Shown here: piece after piece, positions 35,499 through 44,949 of the stretch
Position numbering within the stretch: the first letter of the stretch is position 1
Layout: every line of letters begins with the position of its first letter
Source of the DNA: Gemmatimonadota bacterium
Lineage (GTDB): Bacteria; Gemmatimonadota; Gemmatimonadetes; Palauibacterales; Palauibacteraceae
Direction of reading: 5' to 3'
Length of the DNA: 64,000 nucleotides
Assembly: GCA_039588275.1 (NCBI GenBank)
Contig: JBDHAC010000007.1
Location: forward strand, 12,672 to 76,671
Program-made: the position numbers and the translations under genes
Notes under the pieces: model-generated
Databases searched by the model: none
The model's input: only the letters and a program-made list of their open reading frames with translations
Told to the model about the DNA's origin: nothing

Positions 35499-35852
35499 AT
35501 GTTAGGGCAATATCCTTCCCTTTGGCCGGTGCTGTTGCGGAGGCCGGGCGTGGCGCTTCTGGCGCTCCTCTCGGTGGGCGTACCCGTCAGTCTCCCCCTC
35601 GTGGACGCGGGTGAGCGCGTCGATGGGGCGTTTGTCGAGTCCAGCCACGACCCGGCGACGTGTCTTCGGGTGCACGACCACGCGGCCTGCTCGCAGTTGC
35701 TCAAGTCGTTCGCGGGGCTGTGGCCCGCGTGGCTCACCCCGCTCCGCCCTGCTCGGGCTAGAGGACCACTGTCTACTTCCGGGAAGGCTCCGCCACTCCG
35801 ACTCTGGCCCGTCTCCCACGCACCTCGCGCCCCTCCGGAGATCGCTCTCTGA
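35499..35852 (+). CDS. Possible small exported Cys/His-containing protein
   Basis: The N-terminus is signal-like (VALLALLSVGVPVSLPLV) and is followed by ESSHDPATCLRVHDHAACS. The C-terminal half is low-complexity and codon usage weakens there. Confidence 0.33.
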   Translation: MLGQYPSLWPVLLRRPGVALLALLSVGVPVSLPLVDAGERVDGAFVESSHDPATCLRVHDHAACSQLLKSFAGLWPAWLTPLRPARARGPLSTSGKAPPLRLWPVSHAPRAPPEIAL

Positions 35853-35966
35853 TTCGAAGGGTCCTATGACGGACCTGCGCATGGAGGAGCCTTCGCTTGA
35901 TCCGTGCGTGACGCGCGCCCGTTGAAGCGCGTCTGACAGGAGCCAGACATCCTCGGAGGACCACAC

Positions 35967-37355
35967 ATGAAAGCCGATTATGCCAGGGCTGTGCGAGGCT
36001 CGCGCCGGGCCATCCTGGGTGTCGTCCTCGGCACCCTGGTGCCGGGCGTCCCGCTGGCCGCACAGGAGACCCGCGCCGATTCACTCGAGGCGCGTGTACG
36101 TCGCCTCGAAACGCTGGTCGATAGCCTGCTCGTCGAGTTGCGGCGCCAGCGAGCGGCGGAGGCGGGGCAAGCCGAGGCGGGGCAGGCGGAGGCGGCTCGA
36201 CCGGAGGCGGATGAGCTCGCCGCCCTGCGAGCGGCGGCAGCAGCCGCGGCGGCGGAGGCGGCGCCCGCGGCCGCTATGGACACGGCAGGCGAAGCGGGTA
36301 GCCGCACGCGGAACCTGAACGTCCTCAACCCGGAGATCAGCGTCTCCGGCGACGTGGTCGGCGGCTTCCTGTCGCCATCCGAGGAGGACGACCGTGGGAC
36401 CGCGTTGCCGCGCGAGTTCGAGTTCTCGTTCCAGGCCGCGCTGGACCCCTTCACGCGGACCAAGATCTTCCTCAGCAGAGAGGAGGAGCTGGAGATCGCC
36501 GGGCTCGAAGCCGTCATCGAGGGGGGCGGCCTCGGCGACGGCGAAGGAGGAGAGGGTGGAGGAGGACACGGCTCCGGGCTCGATCTGGAGGAGGGATACC
36601 TGTACTGGGTGGGTCTTCCGGGCGCGATCGGACTGAAGGCCGGTCGGTTTCGTCAGGAGATGGGGCTGTACAACCGCTGGCATACCCACGCGCTTCTCGA
36701 GGTCGAGCGGCCATTGCCGATCGGCGCCTTTCTCGGCGATGACGGCCTGATCCAGACAGGCGCGTCCCTCACGCTCCCCAGCTTCCAGGTCGGGCCATCC
36801 ACCCAGACCGTCACGTTCGAGACGGCGCTGGCCGACAACAAGCTGTTCGAAGGCGGCACGGACTTCTCGTACTCGGGGCGGGCTCAAAGCTTCGTTGACG
36901 TCTCGCCGAGCATGTATCTGCAGGTGGGAGCGAACGGAGTATACGGCCGAAACGACGACCTCGACCTCGATGCCACGTTGTTCGGGCTGGACGTGGCGTT
37001 TCGATGGGCGCCGCCGTCGCAGGCACGCTACCGTGAGCTGAGGCTGAAGGGCGAGTGGTACTGGGCGGATCGCAACATCGGTCCCGAGAGCTTTTCGGGC
37101 AACGGGGGGTACGCCCAGGCCAGCTATCGTTGGGATCAGCGCTGGATCACCGGCTTCCGGGCCGATTGGCTGGACCACTTCGGAGACGACCCGACGGCCA
37201 TTCAGCTGGTCCCGTCCGTTACCTGGTGGCAAAGCGAGTGGGTGCGACTGCGCCTCCAGTACCACTATTTGAAGCGCGCCGGCCTCGACGCCGACCATAC
37301 GCTCCTGTTCCAGACCGTGTGGGCCGTCGGGCCGCACAAGCACGAGACCTACTAA
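35967..37355 (+). CDS. Putative outer-membrane beta-barrel (porin-like) with N-terminal coiled coil
   Basis: It has a signal peptide (VVLGTLVPGVPLAAQE), a coiled coil (LEARVRRLETLVDSLLVEL), and alternating beta-strand patterns. The C-terminus ends in an aromatic residue (FQTVWAVGPHKHETY). Confidence 0.72.
   Translation: MKADYARAVRGSRRAILGVVLGTLVPGVPLAAQETRADSLEARVRRLETLVDSLLVELRRQRAAEAGQAEAGQAEAARPEADELAALRAAAAAAAAEAAPAAAMDTAGEAGSRTRNLNVLNPEISVSGDVVGGFLSPSEEDDRGTALPREFEFSFQAALDPFTRTKIFLSREEELEIAGLEAVIEGGGLGDGEGGEGGGGHGSGLDLEEGYLYWVGLPGAIGLKAGRFRQEMGLYNRWHTHALLEVERPLPIGAFLGDDGLIQTGASLTLPSFQVGPSTQTVTFETALADNKLFEGGTDFSYSGRAQSFVDVSPSMYLQVGANGVYGRNDDLDLDATLFGLDVAFRWAPPSQARYRELRLKGEWYWADRNIGPESFSGNGGYAQASYRWDQRWITGFRADWLDHFGDDPTAIQLVPSVTWWQSEWVRLRLQYHYLKRAGLDADHTLLFQTVWAVGPHKHETY
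36159..36215. repeat. 15-bp tandem repeat, about 3.8 copies, inside the CDS
   Basis: GAGGCGGGGCAAGCC / GAGGCGGGGCAGGCG / GAGGCGGCTCGACCG / GAGGCGGATGAG, encoding the A-E-A-G-Q pentapeptide repeats. Confidence 0.85.
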
Positions 37356-37397
37356 GGCAGGTCGCTGACAGACCTGCCACCAGGAGAGACGCGGAGC

Positions 37398-38498
37398 ATG
37401 AGAGACACGATGACGAGACGGTTCACCGCTACGCGTTGGGCCGCCCTCGCAGTCCTCCTGACCTCGATCGAGCCCACTCCGCTCGGCGCCCAAGACAGAC
37501 TCAACGTGGTCGCCACGCTCCCGACGTACGCGGCGATCGCGCGCGAGATCGCGCGAGACCGGGCCGACGTGCGGGCCATAGCCCGAGGTGACGAGGATGC
37601 TCACTTCGTGAACCCGCGTCCGTCATTCGCGCGTCTGCTGCAATCCGCCGACCTGTTCATCTCGACGGGTCTGGACCTCGAGCTGTGGGTGCCGGGCCTG
37701 CTCGACCGCGCCAACAATCCGGACGTGTCCGAGGGAGGCCCCGGGCACGTCGTCGTCTACTCGGGGATCGAGCTGCTCGACATCCCCGCCTCCGTCTCAC
37801 GATCGGGGGGCGACGTGCACGTGTTCGGCAACCCGCACATCCATACGGACCCGATCAACGGGATCCTCATCGGCCGGAATATCCTCGCGGGTCTGAAGCG
37901 GGTCGACCCGGACGGCTCCGCGACGTACGAGGCGAACGCGCGCGAATTCGAGGAGCGCGTCCTTCGCCGGCTGTTCGGCGATGAGCTGGTCGACATGCTG
38001 GGTGCCGGTGCCCTGTTCGGTCTAGCTCGCGCAGGCCAGTTTTGGAAGTTCGCGGAGGGCCAGGAGTTCGAGGGTCGACCTCTCGCGGAATACGTTGGCG
38101 GGTGGCTGGCGGAAGCCGAGCCCTTCCGCGGCGAGCGGATGGTGTGCTATCACAAGAACTGGGCATACTTCAGCGCGCGATTCCAGATCGAGTGCGCCAT
38201 GTACGTAGAGCCCAAGCCGGGCATCCCGGCATCGCCGGGGCACGTGCGGGACGTGATCGCCTTCATGGAGGCCAACTCGATTCCGGTGCTGTTCGCCGCC
38301 AATTACTTCAGCCAGCGTCAGGTCGAGCTCGTGGCCGATCGAAGTGGCGCGCTGCCGCTGCGGATCCCGGAGCACGTGGACGGAGAGGAAGACGTGGATG
38401 ATTACTTCGATCTGTTCGACGCGTGGATCCCCTGTCTGGCGGTGGCCTTCCAGCAGGGAGAGGGTGTGGCTCACCGCTGCCCGCGTCACCACCCATAG
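37398..38498 (+). CDS. znuA: Metal (Zn/Mn) ABC transporter substrate-binding protein, ZnuA/TroA family
   Basis: Motifs LNVVATLPTYAAIAREI, DAHFVNPRPS, VHVFGNPHIHTDP and FAANYFS. Confidence 0.88.
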   Translation: MRDTMTRRFTATRWAALAVLLTSIEPTPLGAQDRLNVVATLPTYAAIAREIARDRADVRAIARGDEDAHFVNPRPSFARLLQSADLFISTGLDLELWVPGLLDRANNPDVSEGGPGHVVVYSGIELLDIPASVSRSGGDVHVFGNPHIHTDPINGILIGRNILAGLKRVDPDGSATYEANAREFEERVLRRLFGDELVDMLGAGALFGLARAGQFWKFAEGQEFEGRPLAEYVGGWLAEAEPFRGERMVCYHKNWAYFSARFQIECAMYVEPKPGIPASPGHVRDVIAFMEANSIPVLFAANYFSQRQVELVADRSGALPLRIPEHVDGEEDVDDYFDLFDAWIPCLAVAFQQGEGVAHRCPRHHP

Positions 38499-38563
38499 CA
38501 TGCCTGACGCTCTCCCTGCGGCCAGCGGCGCACTGCGCGTGACTGACGCGGCCTCCTGACGTC

Positions 38564-39394
38564 ATGCTCGAGTTCATGCTCGTGCCGCTCGTGGCGGCGC
38601 TCGTACTGGTCGGTATCCACGCGTACCTGGGCGTACACGTCATCGCGCGCGGCGTGATCTTCGTGGATCTGGCGCTGGCGCAGATGGCCGCTCTCGGGTA
38701 CACGGGCGCGACGCTGGCCGGGATCGAGCCCGGATCCACGGGCGGGTACGTGATCGGCGTCGCCGCGACGCTCCTCGGAGCCTTGATCCTGAGCTTCACG
38801 CGCCTCGAGCACGAGTTCATCACCCAGGAGGCGCTCATCGGCGTCATGTACGTGACGGCGTCGGCCGCGACCATACTGCTCGCCGCGCAAGCGCCGCGCG
38901 GATCGGAGCACGTGGAAGAGCTGCTCACGGGCACGCTTCTGTGGGTCACGTGGTCCGACGTGCTCCGGATCGGCGCGATCTACCTCGTCCTGGGTCTGAT
39001 CTACTGGGCGCTGCGGCGACGGTTCTTGACGATTTCGCTACGGCCCGCGGAGGCGCTAAGCCACGGGTGGAAGCTCAGGTGGTGGGACTTCGTGTTCTAC
39101 GGGCTGTTCGGCGCCGTGGTGACCGTCTCGGTCGCCGTCGCGGGCGTTCTGGTGGTGTTCACCTTCCTGGTGATGCCGGCGGTGATCGCATTCCTGTTCA
39201 CGCGCCGCCCGGGTCCGTTACTCGGCATCGCGTGGGCGAGCGGGACCGCCGCGACGGTGGCGGGGTTGGCCTTATCGTTCCGCTACGACCTCCCGACCGG
39301 GCCCATGGTGGTGTGCGCATTCGCGCTCGCGCTCGTGCTCGCGTTCGTCGCCCGCGCGGTGACGGGCCGCTCGGGAAGTCCCGGACCCTCGTAG
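38564..39394 (+). CDS. znuB: Metal ABC transporter permease, ZnuB/TroCD family
   Basis: N-terminus MLEFMLVPLVAALVLVGIHAYLGVHVIARGVIFVDLALAQMAALG, with about eight TM helices. Confidence 0.88.
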   Translation: MLEFMLVPLVAALVLVGIHAYLGVHVIARGVIFVDLALAQMAALGYTGATLAGIEPGSTGGYVIGVAATLLGALILSFTRLEHEFITQEALIGVMYVTASAATILLAAQAPRGSEHVEELLTGTLLWVTWSDVLRIGAIYLVLGLIYWALRRRFLTISLRPAEALSHGWKLRWWDFVFYGLFGAVVTVSVAVAGVLVVFTFLVMPAVIAFLFTRRPGPLLGIAWASGTAATVAGLALSFRYDLPTGPMVVCAFALALVLAFVARAVTGRSGSPGPS

Positions 39395-39448
39395 CCAGAT
39401 CGCCGCAGGCTATCCGGCGATCGCCTGGTTACACAGCTATCCCGTGGG

Positions 39449-41398
39449 CTACCATGCGATGCCGTAGTCGTCGCCGTGGTGGCTCGAGCCACCCCAGAAC
39501 GACCCGTGCTCCCAGTCGAAGAAGATCGCGTTGATGGGACCCGACGTCCGCTCGCGGAACGTGAGCGAGTAGCCCATCTCGCGGAGCGCCGACCGTACCC
39601 AGGGGGGGGTCGCCTCCTGCAGGAGCAACCGCCCGGGCTGCGTCTCGTGATCTCCGAAAGAGCCTCGTAGCTGGTAGCTGTTGATGTTCGGGGCCTCCAC
39701 GGCCTGCTGCACGTTCATCCCCCATTCGACCACGTTGAGGAAGAACTGGAGCAGGTTCTGATCCTGCGAGTCGCCCCCCTGCACGGCGAAGGAGAGGAAC
39801 GGCTTGCCGTCCTTGAGCGCCATGCCGGGGGTGAGCGTCGCGCGCGGGCGCTTGCCCGGCTCGACCACGTTGTAGGGGTTCTCGGCCGCGTCCAGCACGA
39901 AGCTCTGCGCTCGCTGCGAGAGCCCGATCCCGGTGCCGCCGGCGATCACCGCCGGGATCCAGCCTCCCGATGGCGTGATCGACACGACCCAACCCTCTTC
40001 ATCGGCGGCCTGGATGGACGTCGTCCCGAGGTAGAAGTCCTCCTCGAGCTTACGGATGCGGGCCTCGTCGAGCATCGCCATCCCGGCGCCTTGCTCGGTC
40101 GTGACCGCGTCGCCCGTCCTACCCCATTGATCCAGGTACTGTTTGAACGGATTCTCTTCGCCCTGGAACGGGTACGGATCTCCCGGGGCCGCGTCCGGAT
40201 CGTTCTTCTCCCAATCGATCCCGTCCAGACGCGCCTTCGCGTAGTCCTTCGAGAGGAGCCCGACGATGGGCTCTGCCGGCGGGTAGTAGGGGTCGCCGTA
40301 GTAGAAGTCACGATCGGCGAACGCCAGGTTCATGACTTGGTACAGCGCATGAATGTAGTTGGCGCTGTTGTACCCCATGGCTTCGAGGTCGAGCTGCTCG
40401 ACCATGTTGAGCGCCTGCAGCATCACGGGACCCTGCACCCAGGTCGTGAGCTTGTAGACCTCGATCCCCTTGTAATCGGTGCTGACGGGCTCCTCGAGGT
40501 GGACCTGCCAGTTCCCCAGGTCTTCCATCGTGATCAGGGCAGCGGCCTCGCGCGCGCCGCGAACGAAGTCCTCGCCGATGTCGCCACGGTAAAACGCATC
40601 GTAGGCCGCGTAGATCGCTTCCTCACGGGATTGTCCGGCCTCGAGCGCCCCGGCCTCGGCGGCGACCAGCCTCTCGAGCGTTCGCTTGAGATCCGGCTGC
40701 CGGAAGATCTCGCCCACGCGCGGGGCCGGATCTTCCTCGTCGTCGGGGTGCGTCAGGTAAACCTCAATGGACGAGGGCCACTGTCGAATCTCGTCCAACG
40801 CACCGCGGATTCGACGCACGGGATCGGCCTCGATCGGGTAACCTTCCGCCATCTCGATGGCGGGCTGCAGCACGTCGGCGAGGCTCAGGGTGCCCCACTC
40901 GGCGAGCATGGTCATCAGCCCGCCGGGCGTGCCGGGTGTTACCGCCGACAACGGACCATACTGAGGCGGATACCGCTCATGGCCCTCGGACCGGTAGCGC
41001 TCCGGCGTCGCGCCGCTGGGGGCCACGCCAAGCGCGTTCACCCCGATCACCTTGCCGGTGTTCGGGTTGTAGACCAGCGCCTGCGTCTCGCCGCCCCAAC
41101 TGAGCACGTCCCACATCGTGGCTGTGGCCGCGAGCATGGCCGCCGCCGCGTCCACAGCGTTCCCACCCTGGTGGAACATGCGAGCCCCCGCCGTAGCCCC
41201 CAGGGGCTTGCCGGTTATCGCCACCCAATGAGATCCGTGCAGGACAGGCTTTGCCGTTTGCTGCGCGGTCAGTGGCAGTGCGGTTACCGTCGCGAGGGAC
41301 GCTGCCAGGACGACGGACGCTCCGAGCCGCCCGGGGCTCCCCGAAGTCGGCCGAGTGTGGATGCGTCGTGAACCGAGGGATCGTGGCGCGCGGGTCAT
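39449..41398 (-). CDS. ggt: Gamma-glutamyltransferase family protein (Ntn hydrolase)
   Basis: It has a signal peptide. The autoprocessing/nucleophile context is LGTTSIQAADEEGWVVSITPSGGW, with GGDSQDQNLLQFF further on. Confidence 0.92.
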   Translation of the reverse strand: MTRAPRSLGSRRIHTRPTSGSPGRLGASVVLAASLATVTALPLTAQQTAKPVLHGSHWVAITGKPLGATAGARMFHQGGNAVDAAAAMLAATATMWDVLSWGGETQALVYNPNTGKVIGVNALGVAPSGATPERYRSEGHERYPPQYGPLSAVTPGTPGGLMTMLAEWGTLSLADVLQPAIEMAEGYPIEADPVRRIRGALDEIRQWPSSIEVYLTHPDDEEDPAPRVGEIFRQPDLKRTLERLVAAEAGALEAGQSREEAIYAAYDAFYRGDIGEDFVRGAREAAALITMEDLGNWQVHLEEPVSTDYKGIEVYKLTTWVQGPVMLQALNMVEQLDLEAMGYNSANYIHALYQVMNLAFADRDFYYGDPYYPPAEPIVGLLSKDYAKARLDGIDWEKNDPDAAPGDPYPFQGEENPFKQYLDQWGRTGDAVTTEQGAGMAMLDEARIRKLEEDFYLGTTSIQAADEEGWVVSITPSGGWIPAVIAGGTGIGLSQRAQSFVLDAAENPYNVVEPGKRPRATLTPGMALKDGKPFLSFAVQGGDSQDQNLLQFFLNVVEWGMNVQQAVEAPNINSYQLRGSFGDHETQPGRLLLQEATPPWVRSALREMGYSLTFRERTSGPINAIFFDWEHGSFWGGSSHHGDDYGIAW

Positions 41399-41477
41399 GG
41401 GTCACTCCTGTGGCTACGGCGGGTGAGGGCGAAATGTCGTGGCCGCCCGATGTCTCGGCAACCGTCGGCTGTCTGGC

Positions 41478-42770
41478 TCAACCGAGGTCGCACGCCCGCA
41501 GGTCGTCCAACGTCTCCCGACGTACGACTTCGCGCGCCTGCCCATCGCGTACGAAGACGACAGGCGAGCGTCCGACTCCGTTGTACCGGCTGGACATCGA
41601 GTAACCGTACGCTCCCGTGGCCGGCACCACGAGGAGCTCGCCCGGTGTCGTGTCCGAAGGCAGGAGCGCCTCTTCCGACACCACATCGCCGGTTTCGCAA
41701 TGGCGACCGACGACGCGGAACGGCTGGTCGTGGAGGGCGCCGGGTCGCTCCGCGCACAGGACTTCGTATCGCGCCCCATATAGCGCGGGCCGCGGGTTGT
41801 CGGACATGCCCCCGTCGACCGCGATGAGCTCTCGACCTTCCGGCAGCCGTTTTCGGGCCTCGGTCCGGTACAACGTCACCCCGGCGTTCGCGATCACCGA
41901 GCGGCCGGGCTCCACCAGCAGCCGGTGCGTACCGAGGCGATCGCCGGCGCGCGCTTCTTCGAGGCCCTCGAATAGCGCGTCTGCAAGCGCCGCCGGGGTG
42001 AGCGTGGGGTCGGTCCGCAGGTACGGCACCGCGAGCCCGCCACCCAGGTCGAGCTCCACCGGGTCACCGAAATGGCCACGAAGCGGCTCGATGAAGTCGA
42101 CGGCCGCCTTCGCCGTCCGTTTGTACGTGTCCAGATCGCGAATCTGGCTTCCCACGTGGATGTGAATGCCTGCCAACCGGAGTGACGGCCAGCGATTCAT
42201 GTCGGCCACGGCGCCGGCCGCCGTCCGTGCATCCATGCCGAACTGCGCGCCAAGGCCGGTGGTCTTCACCTTCGGGTGTGTGATCGCGGCTACATCGGCG
42301 TTCAGGCGCAGCAGGAGGCGCACCTCTTTGCCGCTCGCCACGGCGCCGTCGGCCAGCGTATCCAACTCTCCGGGGTGATCCACGACGACTCGCCCGATGC
42401 CCACCTCGATCGCTCGGGCGAGCTCGGCCGCCGGCTTCGCGTTCCCGTGCATCAGGATGCGGGAAGTCGCCATGCCTCCGCGTCGAGCGATCTCCAACTC
42501 GCCGGCGGAGACCACGTCTATCCACCAATCCGTTTCGTTCAGCAGCCCGACGAGGGCGCGGCAGAGGAATGCTTTGCCAGCGTAGACGAGCGTGGTCACC
42601 GGTCCGAACGCGTCGCGATACGCGGCGAGTCGGGCGCGAACATGCGCTTCGTCGACGATATACGCGGGGGTCCCGAATCTCTTGGCGAGCGCCTGCAGCT
42701 CGACTCCGGCGAGGCTGGCGCCCCCGTTCTCCGCATGCCACGAGTCCGGCAGGACGTTCGAGAGCGCCAC
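41478..42770 (-). CDS. lysA: Diaminopimelate decarboxylase
   Basis: Motifs YAGKAF, HIHVGSQI, LDLGGGL, GRHCETGDV and ATGAYGYSMSSRYN. Confidence 0.95.
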   Translation of the reverse strand: MALSNVLPDSWHAENGGASLAGVELQALAKRFGTPAYIVDEAHVRARLAAYRDAFGPVTTLVYAGKAFLCRALVGLLNETDWWIDVVSAGELEIARRGGMATSRILMHGNAKPAAELARAIEVGIGRVVVDHPGELDTLADGAVASGKEVRLLLRLNADVAAITHPKVKTTGLGAQFGMDARTAAGAVADMNRWPSLRLAGIHIHVGSQIRDLDTYKRTAKAAVDFIEPLRGHFGDPVELDLGGGLAVPYLRTDPTLTPAALADALFEGLEEARAGDRLGTHRLLVEPGRSVIANAGVTLYRTEARKRLPEGRELIAVDGGMSDNPRPALYGARYEVLCAERPGALHDQPFRVVGRHCETGDVVSEEALLPSDTTPGELLVVPATGAYGYSMSSRYNGVGRSPVVFVRDGQAREVVRRETLDDLRACDLG

Positions 42771-42839
42771 GCTGCGCGTGATCTCGCTTGCCGAGGCGCT
42801 AGGCGGCCGCGACGCGGCGCGCGGTGCGGCGGCGTGGCG

Positions 42840-44261
42840 TCAAAGCAGGACGCCCAGGACGCCGAACCCCACGATCGCCGCTCCCCCCGCGGTCAGCGCG
42901 AATGGGAGCTGCGTGCGGACGTGCTCGATGTGATCGGTTGCCGATGCCAACGACGAGATGATCGTCGTGTCGCTGATCGGGCTGCAGTGATCTCCGAAGA
43001 TCCCTCCCGACAGCACGGCTGCCACGAACGGCGCCGCCGGCAGCGAGAGCGCCTCGGCGAGCGGGACGGCCACGGGGAGCATGATCGCGAATGTGCCCCA
43101 GCTGCTCCCGGTCGCGAACGCGATTCCGCTGCCCACGACGAACACCAGCGGCAGGAGGACTGCGACCGGGACTCGCCCACCGACCACTCCGGCGACGTAC
43201 TCCCCGGTCCCCAGGGCGTCGGTCACGGAGCCCAGGGTGATCGCCAGCCACAGGACGAGCGCCATCCCCGTGAGCGCCGCGGATCCCTTGAGGCTCACCT
43301 GGCTGAGCCCTTCCAGGTCCAGCGTCCCCTGCGCCAGCGTCAGGATCCAGGCGACGCCGAGACCTGCGAGGACGGCCCATACCACGCTCGTGGATCCCGA
43401 GCCCTGTGAAATGTCTCCGGCGCCCGTGATGTACATGAAGGCCGGCATGCAGGCGACCATGACGACGATCGGGATCACCATGTTGCGGGGGCGAAGGTCG
43501 GTGCCTGCTGGCGGCTCGGGCGCGATCTCGCCCGGGTCCGCGAGCGCCACCGCATGATCCCATTGGAGCTTACCGCCGCGCGTGCGTTCTTCCGCCTTTC
43601 CCATCGGACCCCACTCCAGCCCGAAGAAGGCCACGATGCCCGCCAGGGTGAGCGCCCCCATCGCGTACATGTTGAGCGGAATCGCGATCAGGAACGTCTT
43701 GAGCGGCTCGTCGACTCCCAGGCCGGCGAGGATGCCGAGGATGTAGGCACCCCACGCGTTGAACGGGATCAGGATGCACACGGGGGCGGACGTGGAGTCG
43801 ACCAGATACGCGAGCTTCTCTCGTGACACGCGGAAGCGGTCGAACAGGGGGCGGCAGATCGAGCCGGCGACCAGGATCGTGAGGTTGGATTCGATGAAGA
43901 TCACGAGTCCGATGACCCAGGCGAGGATCTGTGCGCGTCTCCCGCTCGTGACGAAGCGTCGGCGTTCGACCCAGCTCACGAAGCCGCGCACGCCACCGTT
44001 CGCTTCCACGACCGCGATCAAGGCCCCTATCAGGAACGTGAACACGATCACCTGGGCGCTGCCCAGATCGGCCAGGATGCGGATGGTGCCCTCGATGGCA
44101 TCCGCCATGCCCGCGGCCGGATTCCAGCCGGCCATGATCGTGAACCCGAGCCAGATGCCGGCCGCCAGCGACAGGTAGACCTGGCGGGTGTACACCGCCA
44201 GGCCGATCGCCAGCAGAGGCGGCAGCAGCGAAAGCAGGCCGTACGTCGTCGAGCTCTCCAT
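42840..44261 (-). CDS. nhaC: NhaC-family Na+/H+ antiporter
   Basis: N-terminus LLSLLPPLLAIGLAVYTRQVYLSL, with 11-12 TM helices and GGIFGDHCSPISDTTIISS. Confidence 0.88.
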   Translation of the reverse strand: MESSTTYGLLSLLPPLLAIGLAVYTRQVYLSLAAGIWLGFTIMAGWNPAAGMADAIEGTIRILADLGSAQVIVFTFLIGALIAVVEANGGVRGFVSWVERRRFVTSGRRAQILAWVIGLVIFIESNLTILVAGSICRPLFDRFRVSREKLAYLVDSTSAPVCILIPFNAWGAYILGILAGLGVDEPLKTFLIAIPLNMYAMGALTLAGIVAFFGLEWGPMGKAEERTRGGKLQWDHAVALADPGEIAPEPPAGTDLRPRNMVIPIVVMVACMPAFMYITGAGDISQGSGSTSVVWAVLAGLGVAWILTLAQGTLDLEGLSQVSLKGSAALTGMALVLWLAITLGSVTDALGTGEYVAGVVGGRVPVAVLLPLVFVVGSGIAFATGSSWGTFAIMLPVAVPLAEALSLPAAPFVAAVLSGGIFGDHCSPISDTTIISSLASATDHIEHVRTQLPFALTAGGAAIVGFGVLGVLL

Positions 44262-44281
44262 ACGCGCTGACTAACCGGCCA

Positions 44282-44941
44282 CTAGCGCCGGGAGACCCAG
44301 CTGCTGTGCGCGTCGTAATAGCGCAGCCGGCGCTCGGTCCCTCTCGTGATGCCGATGCGGGTGGTGACGATGACGCGGTCCTCTGGAACCCGCTCGCCGC
44401 GCTCTATCCATAGGGGCGGGCGGTCTAGCGGATGACGCTGAAGCTCGGGCCCGACCGCCAACGCCTCCGCGAGGCGCGCGGGTCCGTTGGTGAGCTCCGA
44501 TCGGCCTCGGCGCTGGCGCATCACCTCTATCCCCTCGACGGGCTCCAACGCACGAATCAGTACGCCGGCAGGCTCTTCCTCGAGACCCGTAACCGCGTTC
44601 AGGAGCCAGTGGATCCCGTAGTTCATGTGGATGTAGGCGGTGCCCGGCGGGCCGAACAGTGGATCGTTTCGAGAAGTGCGGCCGATCGATTCGGCCGCGT
44701 GACACGCCGGGTCTTCGGGGCCCGTGTACGCTTCCGTCTCGACGATGCGTCCGGACACACGCGCCCCGCAGCACTCGGAAACCAGCGTGCAACCCAGCAG
44801 CTCTCGGGCTACGGCGTCGGCCGTACGGGCGAAGAACTCCGGTGAAAGCGGATCGGGACGCGAGGAAGTGCCGCCCGGAGCTCTCCCGTGGCGTCCCGCG
44901 CGACGCGTGGCGCTCGGGCCTCCGGGCGGCGAAGCGGTCAC
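44282..44941 (-). CDS. DNA-3-methyladenine glycosylase (MPG/AAG family)
   Basis: Motifs FFARTADAVARELLGCTL, IVETEAYTGPEDPACHA, GTAYIHMNYGIHWLLN and NGPARLAEAL. Confidence 0.92.
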   Translation of the reverse strand: MTASPPGGPSATRRAGRHGRAPGGTSSRPDPLSPEFFARTADAVARELLGCTLVSECCGARVSGRIVETEAYTGPEDPACHAAESIGRTSRNDPLFGPPGTAYIHMNYGIHWLLNAVTGLEEEPAGVLIRALEPVEGIEVMRQRRGRSELTNGPARLAEALAVGPELQRHPLDRPPLWIERGERVPEDRVIVTTRIGITRGTERRLRYYDAHSSWVSRR

Positions 44942-44949
44942 GAAGGCGG

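Noticed and set aside
39602-39609. A G8 homopolymer (C8 on the coding strand) inside ggt, as a possible phase-variation tract.
   Set aside because: It simply encodes Thr-Pro-Pro-Trp in a conserved part of a housekeeping enzyme. It is a single tract in a GC-rich genome with no contingency-locus context.
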